A stretch of 63,312 nt of DNA, counting the filler, from Calcarisporiella thermophila CBS 279.70 (taxonomy: Eukaryota > Fungi > Calcarisporiellomycota), in the NCBI RefSeq assembly GCF_041956535.1. It is 4 parts of 4 records of this genome, joined end to end, with 100 filler letters (N's around TTAATTAATTAA, not from the genome) between each part and the next. Parts side by side here need not be neighbours in the genome. Positions count along the whole stretch, not along the records: positions 20,013 to 50,093 come from NW_027192201.1; positions 50,194 to 60,980 come from NW_027192213.1; 2 more parts are not named here. One strand, 5' to 3'. The position numbers were made by a program, and so were the translations under genes. Below, piece by piece: positions 48,916 through 61,080 of this stretch. Under the pieces are notes generated by a model, which was not told where the DNA came from, ran no database searches, and saw only the letters and a list, made by a program, of their open reading frames with translations. Position 1 is the first letter of the stretch; the number at the start of each line of letters is the position of its first letter.

Positions 48916-49169
48916 CTTCGGGGAGCGGTAATAGAAAGTTCGGATAGAGCAAGACTAAAACTGGAGTGACGAAGCAATCCTTCCTCTCTCCCAATCCGCT
49001 CTTTCCCTCCTCCCCTCCTCTTTACTTCATATCTTTCACCAAATACCCGATCACTATATACATCTAATGTACCCTTTATTCCTCCCTTTTTCTTATTTCA
49101 TTGTAATCATTAAACTCTTGTAAGCTACGGAAACTAATAAAAGTCTCCGCTGATTGATCAAAAAAAAAA
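48916..49169 (+). mobile_element. 5'-truncated poly(A) retroelement 3' end (putative partner LINE)
   Basis: Pyrimidine-rich UTR-like body; 3' tail GGAAACTAATAAAAGTCTCCGCTGATTGATC-A10 similar to the SINE tail; flanked by CCTAAGCTC direct repeats (48907-48915, 49170-49178). Confidence 0.7.
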
Positions 49170-49842
49170 CCTAAGCTCTTGATTATCCTTCCTTAAACAC
49201 TTCAGAAGACTAATAAACGACACAAGATGGTGGTTTGAAACGTATCCGGTTCTATCTCAATACAAAATAGCACGTCTTTTATTGTAAATGAAATATCGGT
49301 CTTTTTGTACTGTTGTTAACGTATCACATAGGGAAAAATATAAATAATAAGAGTAATAAAATGGCATCATATCAATATAATAAAGTTATCATAAAATAAG
49401 GTTGGCGTAATAAATAACCGTATAATATTAAATATTCTCACAAAAGGGCTCAGTTAAAGAAATAAAGATAATAAAGTGATCAAGTCACAAAAGCTAAGCC
49501 TCCATTCTCTACTACTGCGCCATTGATACATTTAGTTCCAAATTTCCTCACAACAATGTTATGAACCGTGGTGGACTTAACCAATGAGAATCGCCTAGCG
49601 AGAAGGAAATCTAATCTTTTATTTCAAATCTAATCTTTTCATCTAATTTTTGGAAGACCAATTCTTTAATTTGAGCGTTACCTTTGTTCTACCCTATTCA
49701 CTTTTTGACAAATATTACGTGATATGTGAAATGTTTCTTTTGTTATACCATTCTATCTATTCTACTATTTCCATCTATCTGTTTTCTTATTCTTATATAA
49801 GGCTTAACCTTTTTATTCTAATTAATAACAAGTTCCTATCAA

Positions 49843-50093
49843 TTTTTTTTGATCAATCAATGGAAACTTTTATTTAATTTCCATATATTACATGAAGTTA
49901 ATGTCAATGGACTTAACATAACGAGATATAGGCCCTTGATCGATAGACGTTCAATCGATATGCGTGTATCGTAGTTGTCGTGAATAGCATGTACGTGAAA
50001 CCAATGTAATCGTTGTACTTATCGTAAGGGCGATCTTTTCAATAATCAAGACTCAGCTTCTGATCAAGTGGATAGCAGTCACAAACTAAGAGT
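49843..50093 (-). mobile_element. Second copy of the SINE (inverted; 5' head cut off by contig end)
   Basis: Reverse complement of 48648-48898 with about 7 substitutions; T8 tract at 49843-49850. Confidence 0.92.
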
Positions 50094-50193
50094 NNNNNNN
50101 NNNNNNNNNNNNNNNNNNNNNNNNNNNNNNNNNNNNNTTAATTAATTAANNNNNNNNNNNNNNNNNNNNNNNNNNNNNNNNNNNNNNNNNNNN
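50094..50193. other. Artificial contig linker
   Basis: N-run with TTAATTAATTAA. Confidence 0.97.
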
Positions 50194-50233
50194 CTGTACC
50201 AAAAGCCAATATCCTCGTAACACAATCGTGATT

Positions 50234-50306
50234 GGGGGACTAGCTCAAATGGTAGAGCGCTCGCTTAGCATGCGAGAGGCACCGGGATCGATACCCGGGT
50301 TCTCCA
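50234..50306 (+). tRNA. tRNA-Ala(AGC)
   Basis: GGGGGAC TA GCTC AAATGGTA GAGC G CTCGC TTAGCAT GCGAG AGGCA CCGGG ATCGATA CCCGG GTTCTCC A; G3:U70 pair; oligo-T terminator follows. Confidence 0.96.
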
Positions 50307-51372
50307 TTTTTTATTTTCTCCATTATTTTGCTAGACACTCATCCTAATACTACATTAAGGTTAGCATATCTATTCATTTTTCTTTTATTTCACCTAGATC
50401 ATAACTGTCTTTGTAATATGACCTTGGAGTTTGTGGTCAAACGGGTAAAAACTGGAGCACTTTGAGCCGCTTTTTGACTAGGGTTGTTTATTTAGCCGTA
50501 TTGCTATGGAATGGCAGTACTTAACAATATGAAAACAATCAAAAAGTTGGATGGTCCCATGAGGATGAAGGGGAAAACAAGTACAACTAAAGAGATATGG
50601 CATGTTTTAAGTGACTGTGAGCGTCGTGGACTGCAAATGTCTTTTTGGTTAGAGACGTTCTCAAGCAACGAAATTCCCAATGAATACAGACATCTAGCTA
50701 GACTGGTAAAATGCGCTTTGACGAAGACTGAACGTTGCTACGAACAGGCTACCCCAACTTATTTCCCTTTGTTGCGTAACTTGTGCACTAGAGTAACAAG
50801 GGGTCAAGAAACTGTTCCCGGACTATGCTTAGTGCCGGATGCTGGCGCTTGGACAAATACCCATTTTTTGACGAATCATTCACGAAGGCCCGTTATCTTA
50901 TCCGATGGATAAAAGCATTTGCTTTGAATGTGGGTGAGGAGCAAGAAATGCGATTTCAGAAAAATAGAAAAAAAAAACGAGCATCTACGTGGAAGTAATA
51001 TTAAGATTGTTTTTCCTTAAAAAAACCAAATAATAAAAATATAAAAATAAGAAGAGGTCTAAGAAGGAAAAAAAAAAGCATTACCACCGTGATATACTCA
51101 GTGCAAAAAGGGAAAGTGAATGGGGGAAGGGGAGGAATCAGATAAGAAATCAACAAAAAAAAAAGTTTGTGATTTAAAAAATAAAAGTAGGAAAAAAAAA
51201 AGATGGCCGTGGTTACGTGGATGTGTTGAAATAAAAGGGAAGAGAAAACACCATAATATAAAAGAGGAAAAGGGCGAAAAGAAAAAAAAAGATAAACATA
51301 GAAATGGAGCGGGTATTACACAGTTAAAGGGAATAAAGATATACCAGAGAAATGGAGGGATAAAATAAACAT

Positions 51373-52291
51373 TCATGTGCAACATTGATTGTTCTTAATT
51401 TGAGGTTCCTCATCAAATGTGATGGAGTTTTGCTGATTGTAATACCTGGCGCGCTCCATATCGTTCTTCCTTTGCACCAGTTCACGCGTTATTTCGAGGA
51501 AAACTTCTTCCACCCCTAATCAGAACGGCGCATCAGTCAGCGCAGTGGTATAGCAGGCCCATTTGAGGGGGAGACTTACCTTCGTCATCCTTTGCAGAGA
51601 CCTCATGAATCGAACACTCTGTCCCTAGCACTCGTGACACGTAATCCTGCGCTTGCGTTAATGAGACCGCACGTCGAGAGGTTGCTAGATCAAGTTTGTT
51701 GCCGACCACGTGAATAATCAAATCATCCGCCATGTTTTTCCTCAGCTCTTAACAGCGGATACACAGAGGATCAGTTTTCGTCGGAACATACCGATACAGC
51801 ATTATAATATTTACCTTCAGTCCAGCCGCTCATGTCTACGAAGCTCTCCTCAGAAGTAATGTCGTACACAAGAATCGCTGCATGAGCTCCGCGATAGTAC
51901 ATAGGGGCCATGGAACGAAAGCGCTCTTGACCTGCTGTGTCCCATATCTGTAATCGAACGCGGCAATTATCTACCACTCTATTTTGATGAAAAATAAAAG
52001 GTCAGAGATCGAGAAGTGAGCGCCACAATAAGGGGAGAGCTTACAATTTTTTCGTCATGAAAGATGCTCCGATTGTCGAAGAACAATTTGGAGAGAAGGT
52101 TTTTTGCACATAACGTACTGCCAATGACGTCTTGCCCACCCCTATCGATGCACATTAAAATAACGGTTAATGGAAGATCGCACGCAAGCTAGAACAAGAG
52201 GGAAAAACAAGCTCTACCTACCTTGGCTCCCAAGAATCACAACTTTCGCCTCCAAGATGGAGGAATAGATGGAGCCAGTTCCGATATCCAG
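51373..52291 (-). CDS. Rab-family small GTPase (Rab5/Ypt5-group-like), 5 coding exons; start codon unresolved
   Basis: [12 protein letters not shown]|[12 protein letters not shown]..|[24 protein letters not shown]|[13 protein letters not shown]|..CCT* prenylation motif; no in-frame ATG before the domain. Confidence 0.9.
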
Positions 52292-52870
52292 CTTGACGAA
52301 TTTTTCCTGGGCTTACGTGCTAATGGGGGCGCAATAATGGAGAACAAATTCAAAATCTTGTAAAATGAGCTAAAATTTTAAAAAAAATACACCTCAGAAT
52401 ATCTATCTTGGTCGAGTGCAAAAATAAAATATATGGATTTAGGGAATGAAAAGTTGAAATTTCAGTTAGTTGAGTTTTCAATCATTGTAGGAATGATAAA
52501 AATGGAAAATTGACAACCTACAAGAACAACAGTGTATAAACCAAAGATATAAATAAATACGGAAAGGGAAAAAAAAATAGACGATCTATAGTCAACAATG
52601 GCCCCCTTTAATTTTTTATCCAAAAATCAAGATGACCATTTCTCGCTTCAATATATCCTCAGGTTTACTTTGTTTTTTATTCCTTTTAGAAATCGTGTCC
52701 AAGGAAAATCGATGACGTCATACATATAGGAAGTCACAAGGTACCCATTCATTTGACATCATGCTCCAAGGTTATAAGCACCGGCAGGTAGGTATGAAGA
52801 ATTTAATATTATTTAGACAAGTGATATAGATATATACGGATCCAATGACAAACAAGTAAGTTTTTTTTTT

Positions 52871-54282
<1,412 letters not shown>

Positions 54283-55221
54283 GAGTATGGTGTTGTGTAT
54301 GGTGCAGAGGATAGGAAGCGAGACTATTGCTTTTTATACAAAGCTTTGACTAACTTTCAATCGAAAATCGGCTCATTAGAATTGACCAATGATCAAAATG
54401 GATTTGAAAATCTCGAGCAACGAGTGATTGCTTGATGAGAGAGGCGATAGCAACGTGTCTTTTCTTTGTCAAGACAAACCTGAGCGCTATCCTGATTTTC
54501 GTGTCCCACAGGAATTAAAGCTACTCCTACACCTAACACACTGTGCGTGATAATGCTTCTACGCCTATTAAAAGCAATTACGGGTGTAATCAGGGCTCTT
54601 AACTCAGTGCTCTAGAGGAGCCATGTAGCAAAATATTTATTGAGTTTTGGCTGATTCATAAAAGCACGGGATAGATTTCTAAACGATATGATGTACCGAA
54701 TGACTGCAATGTGTACAAACCTAACCACAGTAATCTGAGAGCAATCCCCCCAAGTGTTACGCCCATAATCGGCCTCAGTTCAGGTATCACGTAACTCATC
54801 TATCATTCACCCAAGGCAAGCTAAATGCACCGGATTATTCAATGGGGGTTTCGAGTCCATCATCTAAAGAGAAACACAGCCTAGTTATATGCATATTCAA
54901 TTATGACCCCCGACGGAAGTTTGGAGCATTCTCAATTTGGGCTCCCTTTCACTTTTTGTAGAATCGGAAATGTTTATTGAAGCTCCACGCGAGTATGTAA
55001 ATAAGCACAAAAATGGAAATGTTAATGGCTGAAAATAAGGGGACGCTATGGAAATAGAGCGGTTGGTACTTGTTAAGGCCACCGTGGCAACATTAATTAT
55101 AATGATTACAACATCGGCAATCTCTCCAAATGATAGGGGGGGAGTGTGGGAAAATGCTTAATAACAAGAGATGTAGGAAAATACATGAGGGGGTTTCGGG
55201 TCAGACATTGGATCTACCCCT

Positions 55222-57613
55222 CTACTTGAGGCTCTAGCTGTATCTCTCTTCGCACTCTTCTTTATGTTTCTATCTGTCCCTTCAAGCCTTTTCTCTCTGG
55301 CTCAAACCCACAAGAACATCAACTTGAATCCTATCTAAACCAGACTTTTTCTGGCCATTGGATCTTACGGAATGGGACAAGGGAGCGGAATGATGGCTCG
55401 AGCCAACTGGCAAACACCCGTCCATCGAGGAGGAAAGAGCCTGCTGCAGTTGAAGGGTGTAAGGCGAGATCATATGCGAAATAGGAGGATTTGCCTGTGG
55501 ATACCCTGGCATCACTGGTACAAACATTTCTATCATCAGAGGATCGGTGACGGGAGTTGCGGCAATCTGATGCTGAGGATAGGAGCCGTAACAACGCACA
55601 GGGACAACGGTGCGGGGATAGGTGGACTGAGGGGAGTAGGCATCCATGCGGTATATCATGTGGGGCGGATATTGGGAGGGCGGGCTGGGGGGAGAGGTGG
55701 GGAGAGGGTGAGTATCAAACTCTTTTCCGGAGGAGTAGGGGAAGGAGGGGAAGTATTGTTGGGGAAAGAGGGGGGCCTGGGGAAGAGGCTGGATCCATTG
55801 GACCTGGGGTTGGAAAGGGGGGGTCGGAGGCGCGTGGATGGGGGTGAGGGGGTTAGAAAAGGTCGGCACCGATTGCACACCGGGTCTTGTTTGAGGAGAA
55901 GTGCGAATTTGTTTTTGAGCGGGCAGGTAAGTTTTGGTCTTGTGCAGCGGTCCTTCCGAGTGAGCACGTTGCTTAAATGTATGCTGCTGTTCAAGGCGGC
56001 AGCGATTCGTGCGACATACTAGTCGCCAACTCGAGTGGATATGGAACGGGGAAATATCGAGCTCTCGAGGCTGAACCTTGGCTCCGGGGGGGAAAAGCTC
56101 GCTGTCCTGGACATCCTCTTGAATAGCCGCCTGAGCCGAAGCCTCGTCTTCAAACCATATGTACGCGTGGCCGTTCGGCCCCTCTAAATATAGCATAGGT
56201 ATCAATCTAGCATCCTAGCCCTGCTCTCTCTCGCCATCCAATAGCGTTTGTAAAAGCAACCACTGACTTACCGCTCCAAGCTAGCTCGACTCTGGTGATC
56301 ATCCCGAAACGGGCGAACCATTTCATGAGTGTGGAGCGGGAGTGTGCTTCTCCCCGATGGTCCCGCTGAACGGGCACATGGACAGAGTAGGGGTCCAAGA
56401 TCGGCTCCAAGTCGCTCTCGGTGAAGTCAATCGGCTGTTTCTCGATTTGCCACAAAGGAAACTCTTTACGAAGAAACTAAGCACCACATAGAAAAAAAAG
56501 CAGATGTCAGTGAGATAGCACTCAAATCCCATTGAAGTTGTTCAATGTACCGGCAGATTGTTCTTCACATCATCATGATGCTTAAACGTGATCCTTGCGC
56601 ATTTCTTGCTCCTGCCTGTGTTGGAATTTCGGTACACGTGAACCTTTTCTACGGTGTCGAACCCCTTCAGCCTATCCTCCAAGGTCTACATAGAAAAGGT
56701 CAAAATTGGGTAGGGCAAAAGGGTAGAGGAAGAGGGGGAAAGAAGGAGGATATTCCACCTTCTCGTCGGTGCCCACCGACAACCCGGCTATCAATATATC
56801 ACGCACGCAGTGTGCAACATTGATCCGCACCGGGCGACCGAATACCGTTATACCTATCCCTTCTGCCTGGGCTCGCTTCGAATCCTCGACTCTCTATTCA
56901 AAGAGGAAGAAGAAGAGGAAGGGGGGAAAAGAGAGTGAATACAACTAACACCTGTAGAGGTACTTTGTCTCTACTACTTCAAACTGAATAAAGGCGGTGG
57001 CGAGATTGCGTTTGTCTCGGGTGATCTTCACGGGGGTCAGAAATGGGCCGAAGCCTTCGAAAGCCTTATGCACTCCGTACGCGAGAGCCTCGTCCTTAAA
57101 GTTGGTGGCAAGGCTAATTATATAAAGCGCACTTTCAGTGGTTTCATAGCCTAACGCGCAACACCAATACTGATCATACTTTCCAATGTATAAGCAGGCT
57201 TCGGGGTCGCCTTTCTCTTTCTCCTTAGCCTTCTTGGTTGGGTTAAGGAGCGGGTATTCTGTTTGATCTGTTTCCGGATGATACGCTATCTTGGTAGCGC
57301 AGGCGGGGTGCTGTGCTGCATCTTGGGAAGGCGTTGAGTCAAAGGGTTCCGAAGGGCGGTCCTGAAGGAGGGAGCTCTCACTCTCGTCCACCGGGCGTTT
57401 ACCGCCTACATATTGTGATTTTACTAACAACATAACAAGATACAGCGTTACGAGAAGCAACCCGTGGAATGATCGAAGTAGAGGGCGACTAGAAAACACG
57501 CCCGCCCCCCGCCCTCTTCTAACAAGCAACAGAGTGCACCTACCCTTGATATTTCGGACGAGGTCGGGACATTTCACTTCTTCCCTTACATTTTTGGAGA
57601 GTAAACCAACCAT
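55222..57613 (-). CDS. Multi-RRM RNA-binding protein with Pro/Gln-rich low-complexity C-terminus (Rim4-like); termini approximate
   Basis: Spliced exons: PEACLYI|SLATNFKDEALAYGVHKAFEGFG..VKITRDKRNLATAFIQFE|..GRPVRINVAHCVRDILI..|..SKKCARITF..|..WFARFGMITRVEL|..HAYIWFED. Confidence 0.7.
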
Positions 57614-59301
57614 TTAGTATTTGTCTGAAGTGAAATAAAATGAATGCCAAATAGATAATGTATTTTGCAATGAAGATAAAGATGGGGTGGATAACCAAAT
57701 AATGCGAAGGATGAAGAGAGCCAAGAAAAGCGAGGCTAGAGAGAGGGAAAAAAAAAGAGAAGGAGGGGGGAAGACGAACTGAATTAGGAGGTAGCTTTTA
57801 TAAGCGCTGGCATAACAATGAAATAGTATAATTGCTTTTTTTTCCTCTCCTTGCACTGGGTAAAGTTCAGAATAAGCGAATCACAATTCAATCCACGACG
57901 AATGCGTTGACATGTCGATTGAAACTCTCCCTTTGCATTGCACTCTATGATAAAGAAATTGCATCTAAGCTCTTCAGTTTCATCCCCACTCCTTGCTCAT
58001 ATCACGTCGTCCAAGTTCTCGGGGGAGACTCCCTTTGGTCATGAAGCAAGAATGAGGCGACCCTCCTTGCCCTAACCGCTGCAACCACGGATAAACTTTC
58101 GAAGTGTAATTTTAGATTGAAAATCTGTTCGTGCCAAACGTTGCTATTTTCATCGTGTTTTAGAGGATGGGCCCTGCTCTGCACGTGTGCATCCGAGCTC
58201 CACCGTACCCCTCCAGCCATCTCTTGGTGGGCCTCGATCCTGGTCACCGTCTGGCGAGGGGTGGCGGAGCGGCATTCTGGCCCATGCCGTGTTCTTTAAA
58301 AAGTGGAACTCGAAACACGAGAGTTAAAAGCATGAGCAAAGGCATAAGCATACAGCTCAGGAAGGTCTTAGCACAGCGGGTTTAAGGGTTAAAGAGAAGG
58401 ATTTCTAATCATCTTGCGCATGCCATCTATCCAAATCCATCGGTTGCACTGCACGCAGAAATAAAATTCTCGCATGGGGGTGGCTGCTAGGGCACCTCGT
58501 GAACTCTATACTCAACTTTTATTTTCGCAAATTCACAAACCGTTTTTCGACACTACCGTCCTGACGGCGCACTTCCCAATGCAAGGCGACGATGGATACT
58601 ATCTCGCGCATTATCGCGTCTCCTACACGAGCCCATCCCTCCCGCTCCTCTTCCCTCCCCCCTCTGCTCCTACCAACTTTTCCCATCGACGCAAAACATC
58701 CAATGTGCGATAAAGGGGATCTTTGTGGCTTGCGTATTCTCATTTCATAAAATGTTTTCCGGCCAGAGGGGCCCACTTTCCCCTTTGTAGAGAGGTGGAA
58801 AAGAGAAGGGGGCTTTACTCCAGCGGGTTAACATTCTGTATCGATTGTGTGCATCTCATAGATCGGTACGGTATGGTTTTGTTTTTCTTTCTGCAAGAGC
58901 TGCAGAACGCGCGCTTCAAAATGCAAACCACGAAATAGGGTTAGCCCACCGTACCGGCCCATCCATTGGATATTTTTCACGAAGGCCAGGGCCAAGAGAT
59001 TCAACGGAAAACGTTGAAGGGCACTGGACTCAGCTGGCTACCCCCGTGGTTCTTCTGGGATGGGGGTGTTGGGTTTATGGGGGGAAGGTTTGGTCCATTA
59101 TGCCTCTAAAGTGAAGTGAATCGGGTATGGGAGGAAAATAGAGCAGAGAAACATTATTGTACATGAAATAACGAGAAAGAGGTATACCGAAAACGAAAGC
59201 CAAACAATTTACAGAAAAATAATATTAAAAAACAAAGAGACACGACGGGCTCCCGCCCGTCATCCTTATCTTCGGGTTGGATGGCCTCAAGCTCGCACCC
59301 C

Positions 59302-59806
59302 TCAAGCCTCATGTCTTGCCAAAAATGCAGTCCGAATGGTGGCATTGATTTTCCAGTACTCCACCACATCTGACGTCCCCTGCGATGGATTGCTCACTAG
59401 ATCATCATGCTTCCGCCGACGATCTAAATGTGCGCTGCAGAGCAAACGATTGATGCCCTCGTACTGGTGGGTCGCGGGCTGCGGTTCGTTGATGGGTGAG
59501 GGGATGGATGACGCTGAATGTGTTGTGATGCGAAAGGAATGCAGAGAATGAGGCGGGGTGTGTAAAGGCGTTGGGATGGAGGGAGTGGGCGATGTTCTTT
59601 CCACAGAAAGCATGAATGATTAATCAACCCCCCTAAACTTGTATCTACACTATGATCCATTACCTTGTGGCCCACCCGCTTTGTTTTCTTCTCTTCTCCT
59701 CAGCCTGATCATAGGCATCTTCATCGGAAGGAAAACTGCGCTTTCTAGAAAATGATCCGGATACAAGCTCTTCTTCGGCCGGTGTTAGCCGTGCATGATG
59801 GGCCAT
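59302..59806 (-). CDS. Small hypothetical, likely nuclear protein (2 exons)
   Basis: MAHHARLTP...RKRS...KRRKQ (NLS-like); GT..AG intron at ~59663-59600; P/S-rich linker, then two Y..IN..(L/I)..A.L.R repeats. Confidence 0.55.
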
Positions 59807-60980
59807 AGTTTGGATCAGCCGCCGGTATGCAAAAGGAGAAAAGTGCCAATGCTTCTTGGGAGAAAAAGAGCATACAAACACGTCCAGTCGACTTTACAAC
59901 CCCGCTTTAACAAGAAATTACAAATCTCTCAAAACTTCAAACGATCCACTCATTTTGCAGGAAAATGATTGGCAAGCGACCTTGCCCAGTGTGACTCTGG
60001 CCAGAATCCACTTGGCTCAGTGCTGTGGGCGGGAGCCTACCGCAGCGGATCCTAGGTTTTCCGAGGAGAGCGCCCTCAAGTGGCCTTTCCTTATGTCCAT
60101 ACTCAAACCCACTGCTCTTCTAGCGCATATCCCGAGCCCCCTCCTTGGGTTTGACTTCGGCTATGAACAGCCTGCCTTTGACTAGTAGCGTGCAGAGGCT
60201 GCACCACTGCCATAGAGCGCAAGGTCAAGGAGAGCCTGACCGCACGCCTATTCGGCCTGCTGTTTGCAAAATCCAACATCGAGCCGCTGCTAAGGAGCCT
60301 TTCAAGGCTCTAAAGTCCAGCTTCCTATCCCAGGCGGCCGGCTTCTCTCTCTCTCCCTTCATCCACATCGTATTTTATCCCGTCTAGCTGACGTCGGTCG
60401 CCTCTGCTGCCTAGCATACAATGATGTTGCCTTCAACGGTGAATATGCCTCCTGTTGCGAGCATGCCTTAGAATCAGTCGGTCTATTTCTTCTCCCTTCA
60501 TCAATCAAGGTTAGAGTGCTCACACGAGTTAACCTAGTCACCGCATGAGAAATATGCGCCATCGTATCGGGAGCGTGGAGCGAGAGAGTTTCATCGGGTT
60601 GCAGCGCAACTATAATTCAGCTGTGGGCTGTAGCCTCTTCAAAGCCTCCGAGCCTTATCGTCGCAACCTTGCTACCTCGAAATTGGACGAAGCCAGCTGA
60701 GCTCGAGCGGCTTCTGAGAATAGCGTATGCCCACTCATCTAACTATATCGGCAGCCCGCCCGATTAGGCCGACCAGCCCCCATGGGAAAGAGAGCTTGGA
60801 GCTCAACGTCCCTGATTAAGTTCGAATCTTCCTCATTAAACCGCGCTGCAGACTGCGGTTCGCGTGCGCGTTCCCTCTTAGGATGGAAGCAAGAAGCTGG
60901 GAGCGGGTGTGGGCTGCTTTCATCCCGATTTTACAAACATCAACCTCTCCTCCAGACTGTCCGTGCGCAATTCTGGAGGT

Positions 60981-61080
60981 NNNNNNNNNNNNNNNNNNNN
61001 NNNNNNNNNNNNNNNNNNNNNNNNTTAATTAATTAANNNNNNNNNNNNNNNNNNNNNNNNNNNNNNNNNNNNNNNNNNNN
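60981..61080. other. Artificial contig linker
   Basis: N-run with TTAATTAATTAA. Confidence 0.97.

Noticed and set aside
48547-49178. Three CCTAAGCTC direct repeats as a CRISPR-like array
   Set aside because: Spacers are 250-340 bp and end in poly(A); the repeats are nested target-site duplications
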